This document shows, piece by piece, positions 27,570 through 41,846 of a DNA stretch of 64,000 nt. The notes under the pieces were generated by a model. The model was not told where the DNA came from and searched no databases. It saw only the letters and a program-made list of their open reading frames with translations. Position 1 is the stretch's first letter. Each line of letters starts with the position of its first letter. Position numbers and translations under genes: made by a program. The stretch comes from Schmidtea polychroa (Eukaryota): contig CM097886.1 in the NCBI GenBank assembly GCA_044892525.1, forward strand, positions 28,396,001-28,460,000, given 5' to 3'.

Positions 27570-30500
27570 TTTGATTGGATAATAATTAAAATAAATTAAA
27601 TTCATTGCAAATTGTGAAATAAATAAAATAAATTGTATTTATATCAAATTTGATTGGATAATAAATAAAATAAATTTAATTCATTACAAATTGTGAAATA
27701 ATTATAATAAATTGTATTTATATCAAATTTGATTGAATATTAATTAAAATAAATTAAATTCATTGCAAATTGTGAAATTATTACAATTAATTGTAATTAT
27801 ATTAAATTTGATTGGATAACAATTAAATTAAATTAAATTCATTGCAAATTGTAAAATTATAATAATTAAATTTAATTATATCAAATTTGATTGGATAATA
27901 ATTTAATTAAATTATATTCATTGCAATTGTGAAATTATTACAATTAATTGTAATTATTACAAATTTGATTGGATAATAATTTAATTAAATTAAATTCGTT
28001 GCAAATTGTGAAATTATTACATTTAATTGTAATTATATCGAATTTGATTGGATAATAATTTAAATAAATTAAATTCATTGCAAATTGTGAAATAAATAAA
28101 ATAAATTGTATTTATATCAAATTTGATTGAATAATAAATAAAATAAATTAAATTCATTGCAAATTGTGAAATTAAAATAATTAAATTTAATTATATCAAA
28201 TTTGATTGGATAATAATTTAATTAAATTAAATTCATTGTAAATTGTGAAATTCGAATAATTAAATTTAATTATATTAAATTTGATTGGATAAAAATTAAA
28301 TTAAATTAAATTCATTGCAAATTGTGAAATTATAATCATTAAATTTAATTATATCAAATTTGATTGGATAATAATTTAAATAAATTAAATTCATTGCAAA
28401 TTGTAAAAAAATTAAAATAAATTGTATTTATATCAAATTTGATTGGATAATAATTTAAATAAATTAAATTCATTGCAAATTGTGAAATTATAATAATTAA
28501 TTTTAATTATATCAAATTTGATTGGATAATAAATAAAATAAATTAAATTCATTGCAAATTGTGAAATTATTATAATTAAATTTAATTATATCAAATTTGA
28601 TTGGATAATAATTAAAATAAATCAAATTCATTGCAAATTGTGAAATTATTACAATTAATTGTAATTATTACAAATTTGATTGGATAATAATCTAATTAAA
28701 TAAATTCGTTGAAAATTGTGAAATTATTACATTTAATTGTAATTATATCGAATTTGATTGGATAATAATTAAAATAAATTAAATTCATTGCAAATTGTGA
28801 AATAAATAAAATAAATTGTATTTATATCAAATTTGATTGGATAAGTATTTAAATAAATTAAATTCATTGCAAATTGTGAAATTATATTAATTAATTTTAA
28901 TTATATCAAATTTGATTGGATAATAAATAAAATAAGTTAAATTCAGTGCAAATTGTGAAATTCGAATAATTAATTTTAATTATATCAAATTTGATTGGAT
29001 AATAAATAAAATAAATTAAATTCATTACAAATTGTGAAATAATTATAATAAATTGTATTTATATCAAATTTGATTGAATAATAATTAAAATAAATTAAAT
29101 TCATTGCAAATTGTGAAATTATTACAATTAATTGTAATTATATTAAATTTGATTGGATAACAATTAAATTAAATTAAATTCATTGCAAATTGTAAAATTA
29201 TAATAATTAAATTTAATTATATCAAATTTGATTGGATAATAATTTAATTAAATTATATTCATTGCAAATTGTGAAATTATTACAATTAATTGTAATTATT
29301 TCAAATTTGATTGGATAATAATTAAAATAAATTAAATTCATTGCAAATTGTGTAATTATTACAAAATTATTGTAATTATTTCAAATTTGATTGGATAATA
29401 ATTAAACTAAATTAAATTCTTTGCAAATATTAAAATTATAATAATTAATTTTAATTATATCAAATTTGATTGGATAATAATTAAAATAAATTAAATTCAT
29501 TGCAAATTGTGAATTTATAATAATTAAATTAAATTACATCAAATTTGCTTGGATAATAATTTAATTAAATTAAATTCATTGCAAATTGTGAAATTATAAT
29601 AATTAAATTTAATTATATCAAATTTGATTGGATAATAAATAAAATAAATTAAATTCATTGCAAATTGTGAAATTCGAATAATTAATTTTAATTATATCAA
29701 ATTTGATAGGATAATAAATAAAATAAATTAAATTCATTGCAAATTGTGAAATTATTACAATTAATTGTAATTATATCAAATTTGATTAGATAATAATTAA
29801 ATTAAATTAAATTCATTGCACATTGTAAAATTATAATAATTAAATTTAATTATATCAAATTTGATTGGATAATAATTTAATTAAATTAAATTCATTGCAA
29901 ATTGTGAAAATATTACAATTAATTGTAATTATTTCAAATTTGATTGGTTAATAATTAAAATAAATTAAATTCATTGCAAATTGTGAAATTATAATAATTA
30001 ATTTTAATTATATCAAATTTGATTGGATAATAAAAAAAAATAAATTAAATTCATTGCAAATTGTGAAATTCGAATAAATAATTTTAATTATATCAAATTT
30101 GATTGGATGATAAATAAAATAAATTAAATTCATTGCAAATTGTGAAATTATTACAATTAATTGTAATTATATCAAATTTGATTGGATAATAATTAAATTA
30201 AATTAAATTCATTGCACATTGTAAAATGATAATAATTAAATTTAATTATATCAAATTTGATTCGATAATAATTTAAATAAATTAAATTCATTGCAAATTG
30301 TGAAAATATTACAATTAATTGTAATTATTTCAAATTTGATTGGTTAATAATTAAAATAAATTAAATTCATTGCAAATTGTGAAATTATAATAATTAATTT
30401 TAATTTTTTCAAACTTGATTGGATAATAAATAAAATAAATTAAATTCATTGCAAATTGTGATAATATAATAATTAATTTTAATTATATCAAATTTGATTG

Positions 30501-33150
30501 GATAATAAATAAAATAAATTAAATTCATTGCAAATTGTGAAATTATTACAATTAAATTTAATTATATCAAATTTGATTGGATAATAATTAAAATAAATCA
30601 AATTCATTGCAAATTGTGAAATTATTACAATTAATTGTAATTATATTAAATTTGATTGGATAACAATTAAATAAATTAAATTCATTGCAAATTGTGAAAT
30701 TATTACAATTAATTGTAATTATTTCAAATTTGATTGGATAATAATTAAAATAAAATAAATTCATTGCAAATTGTGTAATTATTACAAAATTATTGTAATT
30801 ATTTCAAATTTGATTGGATAATAATTAAACTAAATTAAATTCTTTGCAAATTGTGAAATTATAATAATTAAATTAAATTACATCAAATTTGATTGGATAA
30901 TAATTTAATTAAATTAAATTCATTGCAAATTGTGAAATTATAATAATTAAATTTAATTATATCAAATTTGATTGGATAATAAATAAAATAAATTAAATTC
31001 ATTGCAAATTGTGAAATTATAATAATTAAATTAAATTACATCAAATTTGATTGGATAATAATTTAATTAAATTAAATTCATTGCAAATTGTGAAATTATA
31101 ATAATTAAATTTAATTATATCAAATTTGATTGGATAATAAATAAAATAAATTAAATTCATTGCAAATTGTGAAATTCGAATAATTAATTTTAATTATATC
31201 AAATTTGATTGGATAATAAATAAAATAAATTAAATTCATTGCAAATTGTGTAATTATTACAATTAATTGTAATTATATCAAATTTGATTGGATAATAATT
31301 AAATTAAATTAAATTCATTGCACATTGTTAAATGATAATAATTAAATTTAATTATATCAAATTTGATTCGATAATAATTTAAATAAATTAAATTCATTGC
31401 AAATTGTGAAAATATTACAATTAATTGTAATTATTTCAAATTTGATTGGTTAATAATTAAAATAAATTAAATTCATTGCAAATTGTGAAATTATAATAAT
31501 TAATTTTAATTTTTTCAAATTTGATTGGATAATAAATAAAATAAATTAAATTCATTGCAAATTGTGAAATTCGAATAATTAATTTTAATTATATCAAATT
31601 TGATTGGATAATAAATAAAATAAATTAAATTCATTGCAAATTGTGAAATTATAATAATTAATTGTAATTATTTCAAATTTGATTGGATAATAATTTAATT
31701 AAATATAATTCATTTCAAATTGTGAAAAAATTATAATAAATTGTATTTATATCAAATTTGATTGGATAATAATTTAAATAAATTAAATTCTTTGCAAATT
31801 GTGAAATTATAATAATTAATTTTAATTATATCAAATTTGATTGGATAATAAATAAAATAAATTAAATTCATTGCAAATTGTGATAATATAATAATTAATT
31901 TTAATTATATCAAATTTGATTGGATAATAAATAAAATAAATTAAATTCATTGCAAATTGTGAAATTATTACAATTAAATTTAATTATATCAAATTTGATT
32001 GGATAATAATTAAAATAAATCAAATTCATTGCAAATTGTGAAATTATTACAATTAATTGTAATTTATACAAATTTGATTGGAAAATAATTTAATTAAATT
32101 AAATTCGTTGCAAATTGTGAAATAATTACATTTAATTGTAATTATATCGAATTTGATTGGATAATAATTTAAATAAATTAAATTCATTGCAAATTGTGAA
32201 ATAAATAAAATTAATTGTATTTATTTCAAATTTGATTGGATAATAATTTAAATAAATTAAATTCATTGCAAATTGTGAAATTATAATAATTAATTGTAAT
32301 TATTTCAAATTTGATTGGATAATAATTTAATTAAATTAAATTCGTTGCAAATTGTGAAAAAATTATAATAAATTGTATTTATATCAAATTTAATTGGATA
32401 ATAATTTAAATAAATTAAATTCTTTGCAAATTGTGAAATTATAATAATTAATTTTAATTATATCAAATTTGATTGGATAATAAATAAAATAAATTAAATT
32501 CATTGCAAATTGTGAAATTATAATTGTGAAATTATTACAATTAAATTTAATTATATCAAATTTGATTGGATAATAATTAAAATAAATCAAATTCATTGCA
32601 AATTGTGAAATTATTACAATTAATTGTAATTATTACAAATTTGATTGGATAATAATTTAATTAAATTAAATTCGTTGCAAATTGTGAAATTATTACATTT
32701 AATTGTAATTATATCGAATTTGATTGGATAATAATTTAAATAAATTAAATTCATTGCAAATTGTGAAATAAATAAAATAAATTGTATTTATATCAAATTT
32801 GATTGAATAATAAATAAAATAAATAATATTCATTGCAAATTGTGAAATTAAAATAATTAAATTTAATTATATCAAATTTGATTGGATAATAATTTAATTA
32901 AATTAAATTCATTGCAAATTGTAAAATTATTACAATTAATTTTAATTATATCAAATTTGATTGAATAGCAATTAAATTAAATTAAATTCATTGTAAATTG
33001 TGAAATTCGAATAATTAAATTTAATTATATTAAATTTGATTGGATAGAAATTAAACTAAATTAAATTCATTGCAAATTGTGAAATTATAATAATTAAATT
33101 TAATTATATCAAATGTGATTGGATAATAATTTAAATAAATTAAATTCATT
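27570..33150. repeat. AT-rich satellite, 79-bp unit, ~70 copies
   Basis: Unit TTTGATTGGATAATAATTAAAATAAATTAAATTCATTGCAAATTGTGAAATTATAATAATTAAATTTAATTATATCAAA; first two TTGATTGG at 27571 and 27650. Confidence 0.97.
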
Positions 33151-35784
33151 GCAAAAAAAAAAAAAACTCCGCCGTACCAGAGGGTATTTATCGACGAACC
33201 CAGTGGCATTTACTACTGAGTCGGTGCGACTTCCGACGACCCCGCAACATATAATATTGATAGATGTGTGCCAGGCAGTGGCCTGCATACGTCAAGGCTG
33301 TTTGCTCAGTGACATTAAATTTAATAAATTAGATGCAGGACGGATCAAAATCGAAGATCATTCAGTTCGATTTTAACTCATCCTTCAAGCTAAATAGAAG
33401 TAAAAATTTCAAAAAAAAATCGATCGACCTAATCAAATTAAGAATCATATTATAATAATATTATAATAAAATAACATATCGTTCTTACTGAATGTTTCCG
33501 TTGGTTATACAAAATAGCAGTAAAGGTTTTTGGCATAAAGAGTGTTTTTGTGACTAAAAAACATCGGTATATATGCCTATTTTTGTGTGTGCAAATACAC
33601 ATGTGCTCGTTGATGCATTAAAACAAACTCGAATTCTTTTTATTCTAGAATTTTCTATTTTCGATAATTTTCATGGCAATTTTAGTGCCATAATTTTTAT
33701 TTTTATTTTCAAATTTTTATTTTTTAATTATTTTCTGTTAAAGTTGCCTCCATGATGGATTTGGACAATTCCAGAACATTCCATATTAAATTAAAGTTAA
33801 TTTTTATTTTAATATTGTTTTTTCTAAATTCTTTTTTCAAATTTTTATTTTTAAAACTAATTTATTTATTTTTATTAACTTTTGTTGATTTTCATGGCTT
33901 TTATGATGGATGTCGTCATTTTAATAAATGGTTCTAGAATTTCATCTAGAATTTAGTATTTTACTATCTTTCGATATCATTCGAGTCTGTTTTTGTAATT
34001 TTTTTTTATGTTTCTCTGTTATGTTTGAGTTGATTTTCTTGCAATACTTCTTGCATTTGTGAGATTTTATTTAATTTCAATGTTTTATTTTTCTGCTGTG
34101 TTTCTCTTAATTAATATTGTTTATTTGGTGTTTTTATCTTTGTATTTAACTAAACTTATTGTCAGGTATGCATGCTATGTGCTAACACATTTTGTCACAT
34201 TTATAAGATTTTGGGTCTAGAAATCAGTTCTAGCCCAACACTTATATAGTTAACAACTTATATTGTTATTAAATCATTTTATTAACCTTACATCAATAAT
34301 CAACATTGTCATTAACTGCTACCATACTCGAGTCCTCTATCACTTGTATCGTTAACCATTTTGGTTATTATTACCTTAATTTTATCTTATTACCCTTATA
34401 TTACTAACGTACATTATGATCAATCAAATCATATTAGCCACCCAATTTACTCATGGTATTCTCGACTTAGTTTAGAATCACCTCAATTTATCCTATTAAC
34501 CTCATATTGTTAACTCATACCTTAATAATATTCAGATGACGTTATTTATAATAACCATATCTTCCTTAATACCCTATCCCGTATAAACATGATAAGTGAC
34601 TCATATTTCACCCTAACTATGTATTTCCTTTTAATCCATCATCAACTATCACCAAACTATCCTATCTCACATTCAAACTATTGAATTTATAATAACCCAT
34701 CTCATCAGGGTCTCACAAAATTCCACAAACTGAATGACGATAGACTTCAATTAATTAGATTATAAAGTTATTCATTACTTTTTTTATTCCTTACCTTGTG
34801 TACGGGTTGCAAACTAGGCTATAGCTATATTGTTTGAAGTGTATAAATCAATTTTTTTTAATTCTTAACAGCAAAATCTATCCAAGGTAAATACCATGAA
34901 CTGACCCATAAGCCAAATGTTCAAACTATAATACTTACTGTTATGTGCAAGAAAACTAATATTCGTGCAATTGCTTAATTGTGGATATAATAGGTATATA
35001 GTTGTTATTGTATTTTATATTTATGTTCGTTGGTGTGAGTGTGCTAAGGAAATTTGATGAACCCAGCCGAGTCACCAGTAAATGAACTGTCTCGGGACAG
35101 CTGGGTGAATGTATGTGGTGCTATATTAATACAAGTAAACTAACGATAACAATTATCAACTTCCAACTTTTATTTATAAAATAATGTAAAGACCTTTAAT
35201 CGCCAAGATAGAGTTCGTTCGACGTCAAATAGGTGGTAATTATATCTCGTGTACAACTGCTAAATTCTTTGAAAACGAAATGTGGATATTTTTCTGATTC
35301 TCGTTCTTCCTTATTTTTATCGTAATAATTTATATTTTCGATTTGGTCCAAATTTAATTTTGGAAATTGAGACTTTCGAATGAGTCTCGTATAGAAAAGT
35401 CAAAAATATAATGTTGTCACAAAAATAAGTCAAATAGAATATAATATTTGGATAAGTGATATGAATGGAAGTAATATTATCTCGGGATGATTATTTCTTC
35501 TTTGAATTTGGTACAAATTTGGTGAAATGAGAATTTACAAATAATAGTTAAACAGCAATAATATCTTTAGTTTTTTAATTTCTGTATTCTTCTATCGATT
35601 TTTTTTAATGTTTTTAATTTAATTTTTATAATTTAATTTTTTAAATTTTTTTTTAAAGTAATCTATTACTATAGAGAATTGCTATATAGACTTTTTTTTG
35701 GATCTCGGAGGCTGTTACCCGAATTGAGTTAACTAATATAATTCATAATGGTATTAAAAAAATATACCCAAAACATTAACTTTA

Positions 35785-36417
35785 CATTACATAACTTCCC
35801 CCTTTAAAACCGGAGGTTAACATGAATCAATAAAAAGTGAAAGTAATAACATTGTTACAATAACCATTTTTTTAATTTTTCTTTGTATGTTTTATGGATC
35901 TGGTACCGGATCCATGAGTGGATGTACGAGGATACGGTACCAGTACAGCCAAAAATAGAGCCCTACAACAAACTGTGGAAGGAGGCTCTGATGCGCGCCC
36001 TCGAAGAAGGACGACTGCATCGGATCTAAAATAAGATCCTGAAGAGCGAACTCGAAGACCCGGACGGAACCGCCCGACTACTTTGCAGTGAGGATAGGCT
36101 TGCCTATGATGGATTTTGTTTGTTTGAGTGGCTTCGAATTAAGGTATGATAAGGAAATGAGATCCGGGAGCACAAACTAAAAGAGATGGACCAGGAAAAT
36201 CGGACGTAGGCCTTCTGTTGGCAGTCCGTGGACCCAAGGGAGTACGGGACAGTTATAGTATACAGAGTATACTCACTTTCTGCTAGTACTCCAACCCTTG
36301 ATACATTACCAAAGTTGATCACTCAACGGGTATCAAGTGGTCAAACTTCAATTGTATTCTGGGTTACGCTGGAAACAGCACGATGAGGTAAAATGTTTGA
36401 TTACCTTAAACCCGCCA
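35785..36417 (+). mobile_element. 3' fragment of a third LTR subfamily (C)
   Basis: 36195-36417 aligns with 42630-42862 and ends AAACCCGCCA; CATTACATAACTTCCCCCT resembles the motif near 40755-40773; 5' end not found. Confidence 0.65.
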
Positions 36418-39104
36418 TTTGACAAATAAAATTATAAAAAAGAACGACATTTTGCAAAAGTTACTTTTAGTGAATCAAATTTTAAAATTTAATCGAGAGT
36501 TGTTTTTTATAAAAGTTTTTTTTTGTGAATTTTTACTGTTTTGGCTTTCAGTTTGTTCGTAATAAATGTAACTTGCAAACTTTAATTTAGAATTATATAT
36601 CTAATTTTACTTCGTTCAAATAAAAAGACATTAAAGAACTCCCACTTTTTACTTGTTTTTATTTCAACAGAGTGAGGCAAGATAAGTAAAGCAGTAAGAA
36701 GAATTTAGTTATCACCTGAAAGAACCAGATTTGTATGAGCGGATAAAATGCTTTTCTAAACTCAACCAACATTTAATAGTGAAAAGTAAATCTTTTTGTA
36801 TTACAGTGCTGGCGTGTGATTTAGATTGAAAAGGAGCTAGAAATTGACTTCAGTTAAATTCAAAAAGTTTGAGATCTTCTCAGTTGATTTCAAAAATGAT
36901 CATTTTAGTCGTGAGGCTTCTGGACCATCAGAGAATAGAAGAAATTCACCGGGCATGATTGAGAGTAAAACGACTATCATGTCTTAACAACCCGTGTGAG
37001 CACCATCAGCGTTACCGAAAAGATAAATTATTATTTTTTTAAATCTCTGTAATGAAAGGTATAAACAAGAATAAACCTAAGGTATAAACCTAAGGACTTT
37101 CCATTGCATAAAACTTTTTGTTAGACACTTATTCTAACAATATACACTCCTCCACGAAAAACTTAGACTTTTCCGCCATGAATTCAATTATTTAATTTTT
37201 AATTAATTTTATGTTCAATAAACCGTTTCATGGAAATCCGATTCTTTATAAATTCAAAGATCTTCTGGAACTTTTAAATATTGGTAAATTCGAGAGTTTT
37301 TTTTTGTTCATCTCTGATTTATCTTTGTTTTCCTCTAAAATTTCTTCTTATCTACATTTCGACAATAGATCGTTGTTTCAATTGTTAAAATATTTAAATA
37401 ACACTTGATAAGGGCAGTGCCGAAAATTTGAAATAAATAAGAAAAAAAATGAAGATAATCGGAATTCAAAAGTTAATACTTGACAATTTTTAAATGTTTC
37501 GAGTGTTGGGCTAGAACTGATTTCTAGACCCAAAGTTGGGAATGGGACGAAATGTGTCAGTACACAACACGCATACCCAGCATTAAGTTTACTTAAATAA
37601 AAATATATAAAACACCAAGTAAACAATGATAATAGAGAGATAATATACCCAAAAATAAAACATCTGAATTAAAAATAAAATAAAACACGAGCAAGAAGTA
37701 TTACACGAAAACTTACTCAAATATAACCGAAAGACATAAAACAACAAAAAACAAATTCGAATAAAGGCGATTAGTAAAAATTAAAAAAAAAAAATTAAAG
37801 AAAATCTTCATAAAATCTTACGTAAAGAAAATTATATCGATATTTTGAATAAAAATCCAGAACAATTCATAAAAATGGCGAAATCCATCATGACGGCCAA
37901 ACGACCCAATAAAATTTATAAAAAATAAATATTTTAGTTTAAAAAATAAATATTTTAGAAAAGAAATCATAAAAAACAATTTAAAAATAAGAAATAGATT
38001 GAATTTAGCATGGACTGTTCTGGAAATGCTGAAATCCATCATGGAGGCAAATTTAATAAAAAATAATTCGAAAATAAAATTTCAAAAATAAAAACAAAAA
38101 TTCTTACTGAAAAATCGCCATCAAAATCGATAAAAATTAAAAATCGAATGTTCGAGAATTAAAATAATCTGAATTTGTTTTACTGCATCAATGCACGCAT
38201 GTATACTTACACGTCAAACAGAGGCTATATAAACTAACACATTTCGTCACTTTTTAAGCAAAGAAAAAAAAATGCAAATGAATATTTTTACTCTTATGCC
38301 AAATTTTTGGTTTTGATTTTTCTGAGATTGTAGGTAAGGACGATTTCATTGTGAATTATAAATTATTATTATTGAAACCTTGTTTTCATTATTTCTTTTT
38401 AACTATAGAAATGTAGGTTTGAGTGAGATCGTCGGTTATCATTGATTTTGAAGCGAGATCCCAGTCAACCCTGCACCTATGCACTTCATCATCGATGAGT
38501 AAACAGCCCACAATGATCGCAGGCCACTGCCTGGCACGCACTTATCAATATTATTGGTTTTTTTTGTTCAGGTCATTCGGAGGTCGCACCACTTCATGGT
38601 TCTGCCATGGAGTTAAGTCGATGAAATCCTCCGTCTGACTCTACCTATTTATTATAGGTCAGCCGTAAAGGGTTGACTTACCACACAACAGTAAGGTTTG
38701 TCGTAGTGGTCACAGTGGGGCCGCGAAAGCAAACACTCTTCCCGACTTTCAATACATGAATAACTTACATAGTTAAAATCTACATCCAAAATCATCACAA
38801 TACAATACACTAAGGTTAATAAACAGAGTAGATCTCAGACCTAAATTAATCACAACTCTACAACTCACAATTAATGTAGACGGTTAAATATCATCAAAAA
38901 CCAACTCTACCTATACGTTTGTCGAATCTAGATTTATAAATGTCCTAAATAAATTTTCTAGTAATAATGTAAAGTAAAGATTTTTTTCTAAATGATTGAT
39001 TTAGTAGCGATAGTATTCATAAAGGTGTTCGACATGCGTATCGGCAAGACTTGGATTTTAAATTGAATAGACTCTGAACTAACTATAAAAATACAAATCG
39101 TAAA

Positions 39105-40010
39105 CCCATAAAAGTATAAATTATCATCTCAATTGCATAAAAATATGAATTATACTTATAGATTTAATTTCTTCAAAATATAAATTATGATTAGTTATAA
39201 AGGTATAAATTACAAATTTAATTTTTCAAAAATATAAATTACAAGTTTATATTGACTGTAAAATTATAAATTATAACTCTAAGTTAATTACAAAAGTATA
39301 AATTATAATCCTAATTTCATAAAAATATAAATTATAATTAGTTATAAAAGTATAAATTATAAATTTAATTTCCTGAAAATATAAATTACAAATTTACATT
39401 GACTATAAATTATAAATTATAACTCTAAGTTAATTACAAAAGTATAAATTATAATCCTAATTTCATAAAAATATAAATTATAAATTATAACTCTAAGTTG
39501 ATTGTAAAAGTATAAATTATAATCTTAATTTCTTCAAAATATAAATCATGATCTTAAAAGTATAAATTATAAAATTATATTAGCTACAAAATATAAACTA
39601 TAAATTTACCTTAACTTCATAAAAATATAAATCATAAACTTAAAAATATAACTTATAAAATTATATTAGCTTTAGAAATATAAACTATAAATTGAACTTC
39701 ACCAAATATAAATTATACACTTAAAAAAAAAAAATAAATTATAAAATTATATTAGCTTTAAAATATAAACCATAAAATTAGCTTCATAAAAATATAAATT
39801 ATAAACTTAAAAATACAAATTATAAAATTATATTAGCTTTGGGAATATAAACTATAAATTGAACTTCACCAAATATAAATTATAAACTTAAAAGTATAAA
39901 TTATAAAATTATATCAGTTCTAAAATATAAACTATAAATTTAACTTCATAAAAATATAAATTATAAAATTATATTAGCTTTAAAATATAAACTATAAATT
40001 TAACTTAACT
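39105..40010. repeat. Degenerate AT-rich tandem array inside the LTR (copy at ~54658-55563)
   Basis: Repeated AAAATATAAATTATA / AAAAGTATAAATTATA / TTATATTAGCTTT modules. Confidence 0.85.
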
Positions 40011-40346
40011 TAGATTGCCTTTAACATCATAGTTGAAAATTTTTCATCAAAGACCCCCCATAAACCATATAGTCATCAACTACCACCTAAATATACTAAA
40101 TTAGCTTATCTTAATATATATTTAACTTATATTATATTTTAAAATATAAATTGAAAATTTTCATAAATGACCCCCCTTCAAATTATGTAGCCATTAACTA
40201 TTCCTTAGGTATACTGAATTGTATCATCTTCGTATAGAGTCAAATTATATTTCAAACCAAAAAAAAAAAAAAAAATAATAATTCCATAAATTTTCGTAAA
40301 TGATCCCCCCCCCATATGTAGTAATCTTATAAAAATATAAATTTAC

Positions 40347-40377
<31 letters not shown>

Positions 40378-41177
40378 GTTATTATTATTATTATTATTAT
40401 TATTAGCATTGTTACCAGTAACATTATCACTCTTACTATTATTATTACTATTATCATTATTATTATTATATTATTAAAATAATTATCTTTATTTCATAAA
40501 AATAAAATTATAAAACAAATTATTGATTTTGGGATTCCCCTATCTCTAAATTTAGTTTCAATGGCCCTATCTTCCAATAAAATTACGGAAAATCACTAAA
40601 ATCTATTTTTAGTAACACCCCCCCCCTGAAAACGACATCAATATTATTAATTTAAATTATATCCATATATGTATATATGTGTGGGTGTATATGTATGTGT
40701 ATATATAAGTGGATGTGTGTATGTACATACCGATTTATAAAACAACCTTATAACCATACGATAACCTTCCCCCTCAAGACCCCTGTTATGTAATGGTCAC
40801 AACCCCTTTAAGGTGATGGAACGAGGATAGAGTAGTTTACTGAAGTAATTTAGTAGAATCATTTATTAATTTATTAAAATTATTGGATTTATTTTTAACT
40901 AGATCAAAAGAAGAAAAAGAAAAACAAAGACTAAGTTTATTGATTTCGATCATCAAATTTATTCACATAATTGTTTCTTTGAATCATATTCATACCAAAA
41001 AGTCCTTCGAGCTCAGTTGATGGACCATCCCGATGAAATACATTTCCTGGGGTTGGAAAATGGAAAACTTATATTAAAATATCTTTCAGAATTTCTTTTA
41101 GATTTCCACAATTAAATAATTCCAAATTATTTCTCACAAATATATTCGATCAAAAAGAATTTTAATATTTTATTTAA

Positions 41178-41846
41178 TTACAACATCCTGAATTTATTTC
41201 TTTGCTTGGCTGCTTTAAGATCATAAATGGGCATTTTTCATTTATTAATCGGATAAGATCAGTTTTTCTGTACAACCTTTACATTCTTCACCCCAGCTTT
41301 CTAATATTTTTTGAGATCTTTAACGCGAGCTTTGTTTAGATTAATACCAGTAAGATCAATAGGTTTGTCTGAAAAATAGTTGAATTAATATTTAAAATCT
41401 TAACTGAACATACCATATTTTAATTCACCAATTTGTGCATCAATTGCTTTTAGTTTTTCAGACTTTTTCAGCGGGCATAACCCAACTCAAAGGCCGAGAC
41501 AAATGTTTTACAATATATGCAGTAGATGTTACCAATCCTCCAATATAATAACACTAAAAATAAATTACAATTTTATAGTAATCAGTTATAATACCTTACC
41601 AGACTTTATTCTTTTCCTTTACTTGTTTTGCTCATCTTTTTGAATTTATTTTCAATATTTTCGATATTTGTACTTTCATCTCCATCTAGACTATCTTTCA
41701 GGCGTCTCACAAACTTAACACAAACTGAACAATTTTTAAATATAATAAAAATAAGTGCCAAATACCTTCGCAATTATTTTCATTAACTGTAGCTGACATT
41801 ACATAGTAAACAATGATTAGAAAAGAAAAACTGATAAAATTTTCAT
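41178..41846 (-). pseudogene. MANF: Captured MANF/ARMET gene copy, 4 exons, disabled (in 5' LTR)
   Basis: Reconstructed MKILSVFLFLIIVYYVMSATVNENNCEVCVKFVRRLKDSL...[38 protein letters not shown](C)[66 protein letters not shown]; GT-AG introns 41725-41765, 41554-41599, 41369-41413; one nonsense codon, a 2-bp deletion and several 1-bp homopolymer deletions. Confidence 0.92.

Larger units (their letters stand above)
24418..34240 (-). mobile_element. Diverged sister LTR (subfamily B), ~9.8 kb including satellite
   Basis: Minus strand starts TGTTGGGCTAGAACTGATTTCTAGACCCAAA (same as 37504) and ends GTAACCCACCA; landmarks occur in the same order as in the 37504 LTR (AT-rich block, CAGGCCACTGCCTGGCAC island, tandem array, conserved 3' ~270 bp). 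No matching TSD, so continuity is inferred. Confidence 0.7.

Noticed and set aside
27570-33150. CRISPR array
   Set aside because: No unique spacers, eukaryotic context, no cas genes; it is a satellite.
35713-35806. 79-bp mini-LTR with PPT on the minus strand
   Set aside because: No partner LTR or TSD; the C-rich motif has a counterpart inside LTR A near 40765.
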